Shown one piece after another: positions 28,493 to 39,533 of a DNA stretch of 64,000 nucleotides. Origin of the DNA: Meyerozyma guilliermondii (taxonomy: Eukaryota); assembly GCA_051546255.1 (NCBI GenBank), contig CP128817.1, forward strand, positions 1,364,001 through 1,428,000. The letters run 5' to 3'. The translations under genes and the position numbers were made by a program. The notes under the pieces are model-generated. The model searched no databases. It was given only the letters and a program-made list of their open reading frames with translations, and was not told the DNA's origin. Each line of letters starts with the position of its first letter. Positions within the stretch are counted from its first letter, which is position 1.

Positions 28493-31400
28493 TTATGCAC
28501 CGTTGCAAAGCCTTTTGACATAATTGTCCCCACCAGTCCACTCCTTAGTCCGTTTTGTAGCCTGAGAAGTTCCGAATCTTAATAACAACTGCTTGTAATT
28601 CAATTCGAATTGAGCTGACGCAACGTTATTTTTCCATCTTTTCGTATCACTCTGCTTTTGTTCAATATACCCAAGAGCACCAAACTTGGTAATTAGTAAA
28701 TCGTTGCCCATATCAAGCGACTGGATCTTATAGATGAACTTCAATATTTCACTGAAAGTCTTGGGAGGTGTATACGGTGAGTTCAGAATATCAAGAGCCC
28801 ATTCAAGTACACCTTGGTTACCTATGAGTCTCAAGTCCTCAGAACATATTCCACTAGTCAATGCTTCGAGTAGCCACGAGATTTCCTTGTAGTAGTTCTC
28901 ACCAGCTACCGCACCTTCAATTGCTTGTGACTTGGTGATACCATGGTACATTGGAATATCATGAGCACGCAATGAAGGGTTTGAGAGCACAAATCGATAA
29001 GCTCTATCGTACATGAAATGCCCTGGGTTTCTCAAAATTGGTATTAAAGCACCATAGAGATTCCATACCAAGTTTGGAATTTCAACTTTTTTTATTATCG
29101 TGTTGAGAATGATGTTCAAGTAAACTTTGAATATCACCTTGTCTTTATAGGTTTCGAAACCTGCGTCAGATTTTGCAATACCTCCAATTATTCTCGTTAC
29201 AGATTCCAGAACTGCAGAATTGCCAATATTCTGAACAAGAATTTCGAGAATCCCTGTCTCTATAATATTTCTCACATTGAAGACTGGCACATCATCTCCG
29301 TTTTCATTTGTGCTGAGGCTGATGAGTTCACTATGACACAAGGTCACCATGGCTATGAATTGTGGATCATAACTTGAAGGACCATTAAGACGGATTTCTT
29401 TGGTTGTAAAAAATGACTTGATTTCTTTTAGAAAATCTGACGTTTGAACCTTCTGCTTCTGTATGATCTTGGAAAGTGCCGCAGGAGTCTCTATATCAGA
29501 GACGGCTCCTCCTCGTATAGTGTTATTAATGGTGTTCTTAGATATGGTAACCAGCAACGAATCTTTTGAATTTTTGATGAGTGGCTCTTCGGTCACCAAA
29601 CTAAGGTCGGATTCGCTGAGCTCTTCGGCCACATCCCATCTTGCTACATCATTAACCCAAGAAAGATTCACTTTGGCTTCTATATCTTGAAGCACTTGTT
29701 TCAAGAGAATGTCTTCTGGACGAAGAGACCCCGAGTAGTAGCAGATCAAGTTGTTTTGCAAAAAACGGGCTGCCTGCTTGCTATTTTTGAAATACAATAG
29801 GAAAATTATCAACCCACTGTACGAGCGAATACTGGCAGAGCCCAAGTTTGTCGTTAAAATGTTTGCCTCATTATTAATGAAGATCTGAAGAAATTTAGAA
29901 GCGTCAATCTCGGAATGCTTTGCACAGCAGATTATAGAACAAACATATTCAAGATAAAGCTCATTCAAGATCCACTGCGAATGCTGTAATATAACCTCAA
30001 GTTGAGTGTCCAAGATACGACCAGAAATCTGACTCCATAATCCAGAATTGAGGCTGGAAAGCAATTTGATCAACGAGTCGATAAGCTCATCAAAGCTTTG
30101 GTTTTGCTTGGTCAATTCTGCAAATCGCTTGGTGACAACTAGGAGAATACCTTGAATCCATGGTATGGCTCGAGGAACAAGATTGTCAACTTTCACCGCC
30201 TCCTGCAAGAACGTAACAAATTGGCAATTAAAAGCCAAACTAGAACTATTCTTCTTTATCACTCTCACAACCAAATCGAAAGATTCAGTAGCATCAGCGA
30301 TACCCAATTGTAAACCACAAGATAAAACTTGCAAGCATTCTTGCCAGTGTTCTTCAGAGTTCTCTAGAGACTCGAGAAAAGCGTAAATGTATTGCACAAC
30401 TTCCAAGATGAAGGAACTCAAATCATCACCGACTTCTTCACGGACTTTTTCCACATTGAACGAGCCGCTGATAGCAGCCGCAATGGATATACTTGAGGCA
30501 GTACCTAAAAACTGAGATTTATCGGCCAAGATTATTTCTGTCAAAGTTTGCTTGTTGTTCTGATTGTCGATGAGAACTTTCAAAAGAGGAATGTTAAACT
30601 TGCTTCTGATTATTGTTCCAACCACTTTCTTGAGATTTTGTTCATCAAGTTGAATCAAGCCATATGACATGGCAATTTTAAGAACAGGAAGTTCAAGTTC
30701 CGAGGACTCTAAAACTCTGATTAAAGACCCAACAGAAAGGGATAGCCTTCTGTGAATGGCCAATTCAAAAAGATGTTTCAAAACTCCTTTGCCAACATTT
30801 TCGTCCATCAAACTTAAGACAGCTTTGCTAGACAAAATCCAAGAAAACTTGCATAAAAACTCTTGACTAGCGATTGCCATATCGCTGGAATTATGGAAAC
30901 AATCCAGAATGAATTTCACGTATTCGGTGTCTTGCAATTGACTTCGTTTCGTATCGTCAATTACATCATATACCGAACTGTAGATTTCGTTAAGCAACTC
31001 GGAAGAAAAAGCTGTATCGACACTCAAACCAGAACTAAGATCCTCCATACTCAATGACAAGCTGCCCCAAAATGGACGCTTGAAGATGTACGCCTCCAAA
31101 GATTTATTACTTGGCACATTGTAAGCCATGTATTGTGCCGCTTTGGACGCCAAGTCAGCAAATACTTCATTTTCTGAGGACGTTATGTTTGCTGTCTTCA
31201 TGAAATACCACAAGGCAGCAAAGTCGGTGCTTGTGAATACGACTCTTTGACTCAAACTCTTGTCTTTTCTCAATTCCTTGACAGTTTTACCCATAATAAA
31301 GTCCGCAAAACTGTCTTCGTTGTGTTTAACATGGACCAAAGAAATTTCCTTTATGTTTTCTTCCGGAATGAATTTGTTCCACATTTTCACAAGTCCATCT

Positions 31401-33496
31401 TCAGGTTCACCAATGATTAACAATTCACGAGAAAGTACTTGAAGCCATTCGAGCACGGATTTTGAACGGTTGAATATATACTGTTCGAACAATGCAACGA
31501 TGAAAGGACTCACGTCGCCAAACTCTTGGTGGGACATATCCAAATACTTGTATGGTGTTTTGGTAGCGTACCCAAGAGACAGGTCCATGAGTGTGTAAAC
31601 TTGTTTTTCATTTATCTTGTTGCACAGACGAACCAAGCTTGCAATTGGGGATGCCAATAACTCCTTCTTGAATATGAGAGAGGTTTCAGTGAATTTCAAT
31701 ATCCTTTCTTGTATTCTGGCTCGCGAAGATGGAGGAACAGCGACAGTTAAGCGGATCAAGGTGGTGAAAAGAGAGTTGCGTCCATCCGTAGCTGACCACC
31801 ATTTGAGTTCCTGTTCGTTTTGTTCGTAGGATTGGATCTCCAAGAGCTTATTGAAGCAAACTAAGTCATAGGGTGTAAATTCAGAAACATCTCGTTCCAG
31901 AACCATTGCGGTGATATTCGAATGTGTAACCTTCGACACCAACGAAAAGCCGGAAGGGCGAGCAATCGAAAGTGGATACAATTCTTCGTAGAGCTGAACT
32001 ATTTTCAAAGCCGTGAGTTGTCTCAACTTGTCTTGCTTTGCTTGGGAATCGTTTTTTAATGCTTGGCCGATTTGTTCAACTTCTGGAAGCATATCGAACA
32101 CAAGCTCACACAAAGTTGATTTTTGAACATTAGTGAGGTGATGCTGAAGACTTTTGACGGCGCTAAGGACCAGAAGCAATAATTGCCTTGAAATTTGCAG
32201 GCATAAGTCAATCTTGGATTCGATACCTTTGAGGAAAGAAGCCTTAGACAATGGAGCAGGACATAAACATTCAAAGAGTAATGAAATGTCCAATACTCCA
32301 CTATTAGAGCTCTCAACAGGCAACTTTATTTTCAAGATTTCAGTAAACAATAAACTTCGCCCTATCCACCATGAAGTTAAGGAAGGATCATGATACCCAC
32401 CCCCTGTTTGAACACACCAGTTCAAGTAAGGTGCAATCAATTCGGGACATTTGGTTAAGAATTCAGTCACAATAGCCAATTGTTGGAATGTTTCACAAGG
32501 CTTCAAAGTTGTCAAAAAGGTGAAAAGAAGTTTATTATGAACCTTGAAAGATTTTCCATTAACATTGAGTGGAGTACCATAGTTTGTAGTGAGCAAGCAC
32601 TGATTGTTTGGAAAAAGTAACCCTTCGCTGGAAGAGGTGAATGATTTCACAAATTGAATGAACTGAGATGTAAAAGTGGCATCTTGTAATCGATTAAACA
32701 ACAACTGTAATTTGAACATAAAGTTCTCGTTAAGTATCTTGCACTTGGTCGAGCGCTTAAAGCTTGCTTCCTTGAGTATAGCCGACTCTATCCATTCTAT
32801 GATGATCAGAAGTGTTCCAATCGAATCCGAACCAGCCATAAACTTCCATAAATTATTCATGATTTTTGGTTTATTTACAAGCAAGTCCTTCCGAATATGG
32901 CTTGGAACCGAGGTGGTAAGTGCTATCCAAAAGCGGATAAAGTTATGACGAGTGTTTAGATGATCATTGGACTGACTAATAGGGCCATCTTGTCCTTTAG
33001 GTGGAACCAATAAATTGGGAAGTACGGTCAAGTTGAGATCAAAATTGTCAATGAGTACAGTGGCCAAAGATGATTGGAAAGTCACGATGTTCAGCATGAG
33101 GCGAAGTATTGGGTTAGTTATGGCTGGTCTGTTGTTATTGAGGGCTCTGTACAAGATTTTTGAATGACTTTGAAGGATTTCTTGATATCTTTCAACGATT
33201 TGGGGACGCATTTCCATCAACTCCAATTGGGCTTGAAGCCCTTCTTTCAGATCCGACGCTACCTTTTCATTTACGAACACGTTTTTAATAGCACTGCTGA
33301 GCCTGGCAAGCTTTACCGATGTTTCAATGAACAGACTATGATCATTAACCGACAAGAAATAAGCCCAGGCCGAAATTGAGCGGGCAAAATGTCCATCTTT
33401 GATGAAAAAGACAATCGATTCTGGTTTCCCCGACGAAGCTGCATCAAGGTGTTCCAACGCCTTGCCGTCGACGTTCGCAGTGGGCGTTCTAGCCAT
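28493..33496 (-). CDS. URB1: Nucleolar pre-ribosome protein Urb1/Npa1
   Basis: 1667-aa helical protein with GGGYHDPSLTSWWIG, YDPQF and ILRNPGHFMYDRAY..DIPMY..WLL, typical of Npa1; PAC element upstream. Confidence 0.88.
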   Translation of the reverse strand: MARTPTANVDGKALEHLDAASSGKPESIVFFIKDGHFARSISAWAYFLSVNDHSLFIETSVKLARLSSAIKNVFVNEKVASDLKEGLQAQLELMEMRPQIVERYQEILQSHSKILYRALNNNRPAITNPILRLMLNIVTFQSSLATVLIDNFDLNLTVLPNLLVPPKGQDGPISQSNDHLNTRHNFIRFWIALTTSVPSHIRKDLLVNKPKIMNNLWKFMAGSDSIGTLLIIIEWIESAILKEASFKRSTKCKILNENFMFKLQLLFNRLQDATFTSQFIQFVKSFTSSSEGLLFPNNQCLLTTNYGTPLNVNGKSFKVHNKLLFTFLTTLKPCETFQQLAIVTEFLTKCPELIAPYLNWCVQTGGGYHDPSLTSWWIGRSLLFTEILKIKLPVESSNSGVLDISLLFECLCPAPLSKASFLKGIESKIDLCLQISRQLLLLVLSAVKSLQHHLTNVQKSTLCELVFDMLPEVEQIGQALKNDSQAKQDKLRQLTALKIVQLYEELYPLSIARPSGFSLVSKVTHSNITAMVLERDVSEFTPYDLVCFNKLLEIQSYEQNEQELKWWSATDGRNSLFTTLIRLTVAVPPSSRARIQERILKFTETSLIFKKELLASPIASLVRLCNKINEKQVYTLMDLSLGYATKTPYKYLDMSHQEFGDVSPFIVALFEQYIFNRSKSVLEWLQVLSRELLIIGEPEDGLVKMWNKFIPEENIKEISLVHVKHNEDSFADFIMGKTVKELRKDKSLSQRVVFTSTDFAALWYFMKTANITSSENEVFADLASKAAQYMAYNVPSNKSLEAYIFKRPFWGSLSLSMEDLSSGLSVDTAFSSELLNEIYSSVYDVIDDTKRSQLQDTEYVKFILDCFHNSSDMAIASQEFLCKFSWILSSKAVLSLMDENVGKGVLKHLFELAIHRRLSLSVGSLIRVLESSELELPVLKIAMSYGLIQLDEQNLKKVVGTIIRSKFNIPLLKVLIDNQNNKQTLTEIILADKSQFLGTASSISIAAAISGSFNVEKVREEVGDDLSSFILEVVQYIYAFLESLENSEEHWQECLQVLSCGLQLGIADATESFDLVVRVIKKNSSSLAFNCQFVTFLQEAVKVDNLVPRAIPWIQGILLVVTKRFAELTKQNQSFDELIDSLIKLLSSLNSGLWSQISGRILDTQLEVILQHSQWILNELYLEYVCSIICCAKHSEIDASKFLQIFINNEANILTTNLGSASIRSYSGLIIFLLYFKNSKQAARFLQNNLICYYSGSLRPEDILLKQVLQDIEAKVNLSWVNDVARWDVAEELSESDLSLVTEEPLIKNSKDSLLVTISKNTINNTIRGGAVSDIETPAALSKIIQKQKVQTSDFLKEIKSFFTTKEIRLNGPSSYDPQFIAMVTLCHSELISLSTNENGDDVPVFNVRNIIETGILEILVQNIGNSAVLESVTRIIGGIAKSDAGFETYKDKVIFKVYLNIILNTIIKKVEIPNLVWNLYGALIPILRNPGHFMYDRAYRFVLSNPSLRAHDIPMYHGITKSQAIEGAVAGENYYKEISWLLEALTSGICSEDLRLIGNQGVLEWALDILNSPYTPPKTFSEILKFIYKIQSLDMGNDLLITKFGALGYIEQKQSDTKRWKNNVASAQFELNYKQLLLRFGTSQATKRTKEWTGGDNYVKRLCNGA

Positions 33497-33541
33497 TTAG
33501 CTCAATAATCAAGAGTGAATCGAGATGCGATAGCTGAGCGC

Positions 33542-33552
33542 GCGATGAGATG
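33542..33552. promoter_or_regulatory. PAC element upstream of URB1
   Basis: GCGATGAGATG about 45 bp upstream of the URB1 ATG. Confidence 0.65.
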
Positions 33553-33891
33553 CGAATGACACAAAGTGGAGAGAAAAGATCGTGAATGAAGCATGATATA
33601 AATGTGACTACTTGTGCTTATGCATGCTATAGCTTGGTGCTATGAGATGAAGTGGGTCTTTTTTTCTGATCATGACTTAAAGTTTCCGTTATATATTCTT
33701 AACAACCTCTTATTAAGTGCTGACCAAATTCTCCGAGTAAACTTCCAGATGGCTGATTTAGGATTTGATCGGAAGCAAGGTAACAAAAGTTAACAATCAC
33801 TGATTCAGACGCTTCGATACGGAATTGCAGTCTGCAAGTATTGAACACTTCATATTACTATAATTCAACACATTTCAGTTAAAATTATGAC

Positions 33892-35580
33892 ATGGCTGCA
33901 ACAACTCAAGAAGACCACAAGAATGAGCAAGAAGATATCTGGAGTATACTTCCATCTTACCACATGTTCCGATCCACCGTTAGTCTTAGCGTGTTTGATG
34001 TAGGGGATGACACAGATGATGAGGATAGCTACTTTCCTCCCTTATACTCGCCCAGCTTGAGTGATTCACTGACGGTAGAAAGTACCAGATCGCTGAATAT
34101 TGTTGACCAGCCGTTACTACCTGCCAAACACAACGTCACCAACAATATGCTTTCAATGAAAAATTACACCCACAACGAGGTTTCTCTGCAATTTGCAGTT
34201 GATATTCAATTCATTCGTACGATTGGAGAGATAGGCAAACCCAATGAATTGGTCGATGTTTCCAACTGCTCATTCAAGCCAGGAAGCACCGTCAATGGTT
34301 TCTTCACTTTCAGGAACTCGTCGGATCGTCCAGTCAAATTTGATCATCTCTATGTGATGTTGGAAGGTACTATCACTATAGGTACTACCCGGAAAAAGTT
34401 CTTGGAAATGATGGATATGTCGGCGTCGTGGTCGTTTGGACGCATCAACAGACTTCTTTATGAGTCGAACCATAGCAACGACTGGTCAAATATCAATGAT
34501 TCGGATGGAATCAGACTTGCCATTGGTCCAGTGAGAATCATCAAACCAAAAACAACTTATAAGCTTTATTTCACTTTTAAGTTGCCCCAGAGGCTACTTG
34601 ACACTGCGTGCTCTTCGCAATGCACAAGTCACTGTGCTATGCCGTCGTCTTTGAAAACGGAAGACTATACTATCTCATATAATGTCAGTGCTCGTTTCAT
34701 CAGCACCAACAGCCGGGTTCTAGGCACTTCAAGTGACCCTGAGTATGTAATCTTCAAAGAAGCTTGCAAGGAGATTCATGTTGTCTCCAGTTCAAATTAT
34801 GAAGAAGAGGAAGAGCAATTGGAAAAATTCGAACAAACGGCGAGGTACGAAATTGAAAGAGGTCAACTTTTGCGCTTGCAGGCAGCTCGCAATGTATTGT
34901 CGATTCCTCTTGAATACAAGGGTTCTCTCAGAAAGCACAAAGAAGACTCACTTGGAGGAAAAGACGAAGTCACCAAGTTGGCTCTGTTCCCTGTTCGAAA
35001 ACGCTTTTTCGTTTCGAAGGTATCCATGAAAATTTGCACGCCCAGAAAGAGCTACTTTTTCAAGCCAGGAACCGCGGGCCAAATTGCGATTCCTTTAACC
35101 ATAAGCTCCTCGACTAAGCCAAGTGTGAAGCTGTTTAAAATTCAAATTGAGGCTGTTACAGTTAAAGGCCCAACCACTGCCATACCAATCGAGATTCTGC
35201 ACAAGTTTATAATAAGAGAACTAGATGCTGGGAGAACGCCAATTGTTTCAATCTTCTCCAAATTGAGACAAGAAATAGAGCAGCTAGAAAAATCGGTTGA
35301 AGACTTCCAGGCAGATAGGAATCTATGGAAGACTCTCAAACTTTTGTTATCAGCCGCTGTGGATGTTAAGACTCTTGATGTTGAGTCGCATTTAAGTTCT
35401 TCGAGTCTCGAAAAAGTTAATTCTGAGTTTCGTCAAAGTTTAGTGCTTAGTGGAAATTTGGGTGCAAAATTTTGCAGCTCACCACCCACATTCCAAACTT
35501 GTAACGTTTGTCGCTTTTACATCCTCGTGGTGAACGTTAACCAAAATACAAAGCTTCGCTTACCGTTAGTGGTTCAATGA
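33892..35580 (+). CDS. Bul1-family (arrestin-like) Rsp5 adaptor
   Basis: ILPSYHMF, PY motif PPLY, PVKFDHLYVMLEG, KKFLEMMDMSASWS and FTFKLPQRLLDTAC match the Bul1 N-terminal domain; PPTFQTC lies near the C-terminus. Confidence 0.8.
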   Translation: MAATTQEDHKNEQEDIWSILPSYHMFRSTVSLSVFDVGDDTDDEDSYFPPLYSPSLSDSLTVESTRSLNIVDQPLLPAKHNVTNNMLSMKNYTHNEVSLQFAVDIQFIRTIGEIGKPNELVDVSNCSFKPGSTVNGFFTFRNSSDRPVKFDHLYVMLEGTITIGTTRKKFLEMMDMSASWSFGRINRLLYESNHSNDWSNINDSDGIRLAIGPVRIIKPKTTYKLYFTFKLPQRLLDTACSSQCTSHCAMPSSLKTEDYTISYNVSARFISTNSRVLGTSSDPEYVIFKEACKEIHVVSSSNYEEEEEQLEKFEQTARYEIERGQLLRLQAARNVLSIPLEYKGSLRKHKEDSLGGKDEVTKLALFPVRKRFFVSKVSMKICTPRKSYFFKPGTAGQIAIPLTISSSTKPSVKLFKIQIEAVTVKGPTTAIPIEILHKFIIRELDAGRTPIVSIFSKLRQEIEQLEKSVEDFQADRNLWKTLKLLLSAAVDVKTLDVESHLSSSSLEKVNSEFRQSLVLSGNLGAKFCSSPPTFQTCNVCRFYILVVNVNQNTKLRLPLVVQ

Positions 35581-36110
35581 CCGAAATTTAAGAAATAGTG
35601 TTTGAAATATGATTTAGATACGAGGCATATCAATGCTGGAACTACGTCTCCAAATATTCACTTATCACTAAACTACCCAAGTTTTTCAATCACCTTTTAG
35701 TCGCGATTTAAGCTTTTAACCGAGACTTAAATCGCGTTTGCAGCGTAGATTAAAGTAGCGACATTCTCATCATAAACTTCTTCTTCGCACATAAAAAATA
35801 ATCGTAATTTTTCGTAACTAAATCGGGGCGCGGTTACTCCTGATTACCGTTTGTTCCAAAAGTGTGACTTCAAACTAATCTTGACAGCCTCTTGCAAACT
35901 AGTGACATCACGTTTCCCCTCTGTAACTTCATCTATTTATAGGAAATATGCCCTTTACATTTCAACCCGCATTAGAATACCTGCATGGTCTTAAGTGGCT
36001 TGCCTATTGCAGATACCATCTGTGGGGCAATGCTGGGTTAACTGCGGGTGGTGGGATGCGCCAGCATGCGCCCCCATTCGTTACCTAATCGCGTGTTGCA
36101 GTTCTCCATA

Positions 36111-36118
36111 TGACGTCA
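36111..36118. promoter_or_regulatory. CRE (Sko1/ATF-type) site upstream of RCK2
   Basis: Perfect TGACGTCA about 170 bp upstream of the ATG, with an STRE-like AGGGG near 36150; fits a Hog1-pathway target. Confidence 0.55.
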
Positions 36119-36286
36119 CATATTCTAAAGTTTGTTTGAGGCCGCAGAGAGGGGTAACTTTTTCTCGGAAAACAATAGCGGTCAGATCAATAAAAAAGGG
36201 CCCCACCTAGGTTACATTTCTTTCTCACTCTTTTCTTCTATTTTTGTGATTCTTGAATCTCAGTTGATGTTTATGTATTATGGGAA

Positions 36287-38606
36287 ATGGCCTTGTTACT
36301 GGTAAGTATCGTTACCTATTTTTGTTAAATTGGATTGAATTTCCGAGATTAAAAATTTGACGTCGTTCTGAATATGCTTCTTAATACGCTATACAGAAGT
36401 TTTTGTAACTTCAGAGACCGCTCAATTCCAGTTGGATTCGATAAAACGTTAGAATAGTTTGATACTACTGGTGTTCCCGAAAGTGATACATCCTTTAATT
36501 TCTGGTCAACTTGCTCAAGATAAGCAGCTTGACTCTCGGAACTGGTCAAGTTTTTCATCCGGAACTTATAATCAGGTTTTGGCCCTTAATTGCCACTACC
36601 GACAATAGTGTGATAAATTACGAGCTTTACTAACGCAGAATTTTAAAAAACTTTTTGCTGCGGAGCTGAGCTCCAGCTCGACCCATGAGGTGGAGAATGG
36701 TGCTTCATCAAATACATCTGTATCGGAAGCATCACCACCAAGCAAGAAGTTGGCTGATTTTCAGATTTCCAGCCCTTCATCAGAAACACACTCATCCTCC
36801 CAGTATCCCGACTTGCCCCCAAAATACCAATTATTAGAGGTTCTAGGTGAGGGTGCATTTTCTAAAGTTTACAAAGGCATGAATAAGATCACCCAAGAAG
36901 TGGTCGCCATCAAGATTATCAACAAGGAAAACTTGTCTGCCAAGCAAGCAGCAAATATCAAGAACGAAATTAATGTCCTCTCCAAAGTTCATCACAAGAA
37001 TGTCCTTAGGTTAATTGAGCTGTATAACGAGCCCAATACCAAACATTGCTACATTATATTGGAATATTGTGACGGAGGTGAGATTTTCAACAAGATTATC
37101 GAGTATACATATTTCAGTGAGGATCTCTCTCGTCACACTTTTACGCAATTGCTTTCAGCAATAGATTATTTGCACAACAAGGCTGGGATAGTCCACAGAG
37201 ATATCAAGCCAGAAAACCTCATTTTCAAGAAGATTCCTATGAAACCTAGATCAGAGGAGGAGTTTAAGAAAACGCTCAGAAAATCAGATGATGAGTCCAA
37301 ATCCGACGAGGGCATTTTTGAGCCAGGAAAGGGCGGTGGTACGATCGGTGTTATCAAGCTTGCGGACTTTGGCTTGGCTAAGCAACTAAAAACTGACCGC
37401 AGTCGCTTCAATGCCATAGACACAAATCTAAAGACACCATGTGGTACAGCTGGTTACACTGCTCCTGAAGTCATCACCTGTAACACTGACGACTTGGGTC
37501 GTAAGCATCGCAAGTTTCCAAACAATATATCGAAAAAGAACTATTATTCCAAAGCTGTTGATATTTGGTCTTTGGGATGCTTTCTTTATACAATTCTTTG
37601 TGGCTTTCCTCCATTTTACGAAGATGACCATGATAATTTAACCAAGAAGATTGTTAACGGTGACTACGTGTTTTTAAAACCATGGTGGGATGAGATAAGT
37701 TCGGAAGCCAAACATTTAATTACAAGAATGCTCGATGTTAATCCAGAATCCAGAATCACGATTGACGAGATATGGGCCCATCCATGGGTGAAAAATGATG
37801 TGAATGAAACTTTGGTAGCTCCGGAAAGTTACTTTGCCGAGGCAGACGACTACTCAGTTTCCCACATTGAGAATGTTATCCCAGAAAAGTCTGAACAAAA
37901 AGAGGGACATATGATGGTACCATCAAGTAAAGATCCATTGCTCTCACCACGCGCAAACGCTATCAAGACGGTGTTCAATAATCCTGCTATGGGAAATAGC
38001 AAGTCTATTTTGAAGAAGTATGGTGTCACAAATTCGTCGGTTCAGTTCATCGATGGAGTTACTGACGACATTAGGTATCTCAAAGTGAGCCCTACAAATA
38101 AGATAAGCTCATCTTCGGATAATGACAGTTACTTGAGCGACTCTACGAGAAGAATATTACCAAAGAGTCCGGTTCCATCTAAAGAACTAATTGGTAAATT
38201 AGGTTTCAAGGATGTCTTTGTACAAACTCCTACGCAAATGACTGTACATGAGGAACATGCATCGGATGATGATGACGATTCAAGCAATGATGATGAAGAT
38301 GACGAGGGTGATGAAACGTACGACAACGATGTTGCAAGCTTGGAGCATTTCGAGATCAAAAAGATAACTAGCTCATCAACCAATTCATCGGAGGCCAGCT
38401 TCAAGGAGGGATCAGAAGAGTATCAAACACGGTCCAGTTCCATTATCAGTGGAATTAATGGAGACTACAAATTTACTCTCAACTTGAACGATTCCAACTT
38501 GTTGATGCGTCGTCGGTCTTCTACTGTGCGGTCCAGCAAAAGTGGAGGCCACGGCAGGAGTTCATTATCACATCATCCTCCCGAATTAACACAAGAGCAA
38601 CACTAA
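36287..38606 (+). CDS. RCK2: MAPK-activated CaMK-like kinase; exons 36287-36301 and 36639-38606, 337-nt intron
   Basis: ATG GCC TTG TTA CTG|GTAAGT...TACTAACGCAG|AAT TTT gives MALL(S)NFKKLF. Kinase motifs GEGAFS, HRDIKPEN, DFG, TPCGTAGYTAPE, plus the Rck-typical insert LRKSDDESKSDEGIFEPGKGGGTIG. Confidence 0.9.
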
Positions 38607-38698
38607 GCTCTTACTCCCCCAATCACTGTGCATTTGACTTTTATTTCTGTTTCGGATATTGTATTAAACATATTATGTACAAAAGAAAAGTAGGATCC

Positions 38699-39206
38699 TC
38701 ACTGTCTCTCAGCTGGCTTGACATCGGCAGCCAGTGTCTCTGGCTCTTCAGGAACCAAACAGTCGTTCGACTCCAACAACTCTGCCAACTCTCCTGACTG
38801 TGCCATGGACATAACAATATCACACCCACCCACAAAATCCTTGTTCACGTAAAGCTGAGGAATGGTGGGCCACTGGCTATATTCTTTGATTCCGTCTCTC
38901 AATTCGGGATCTTCTAAAACATTGTACGCAGCAAATTTTTCAGGGTCCACACCTTGCTGGCCCAAGATCTGAATGGTTGCTCTGGAAAAACCACATTGAG
39001 GAAACTCTGGGGTTCCTTTCATAAATAAAACTACTGGTGAAGCCAGAACTGCCTTGTCGATCGCATTTTTGATTTCAGTAGATAAAAGTCTGGTTTGAAG
39101 AGGAAAAGTTCTCTTGGCGACTACGGACTGTGTTAGTTGTTGACATCAAGGTTTACAAGGCGTTAATACTTACCGTTCTGAGTCCAAATAATCCGGCTTT
39201 AAACAT
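38699..39206 (-). CDS. GRX5: Mitochondrial monothiol glutaredoxin; exons 39174-39206 and 38699-39127, 46-nt intron
   Basis: CGFS active site, WPTIPQLY and GGCDI. AGA ACG|GTAAGT...ACTAACACAG|TCC restores the presequence [17 protein letters not shown] (153 aa). Confidence 0.95.
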
Positions 39207-39533
39207 CTTTGCGAGCCACTCGTTTGCTAGCGAAATTCTTTTAGTAATCTCCTATATGCAGGACATATGATATCGCTTAATCCCATGAAGTAGATGGTGA
39301 TAGAGACAGATATTTTGTTTGATCAAGGACATGTTTTGGAAATTTATATGAACAACCTCAAAGAAATATTGTGGGGTAACATTTTCTTTTGATTGAATTG
39401 CTCCTTCAGACCATGCACGACATGCATCTATTGGCTGCAAATTATCCGTTGCCTCGTCGACTGTTCACAAACACACTTGAGTACAAATAGGACACATTTG
39501 TGGCTTTTCTTCTTTCTTCTCGTTCAATTTATC

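Noticed and set aside
33590..33672. Possible box C/D snoRNA upstream of URB1 (ATGTGACTACT near-complementary to the 18S 5' end, terminal CTGA)
   Set aside because: No proper RUGAUGA C box, and the putative guide is not followed by a D/D' box.
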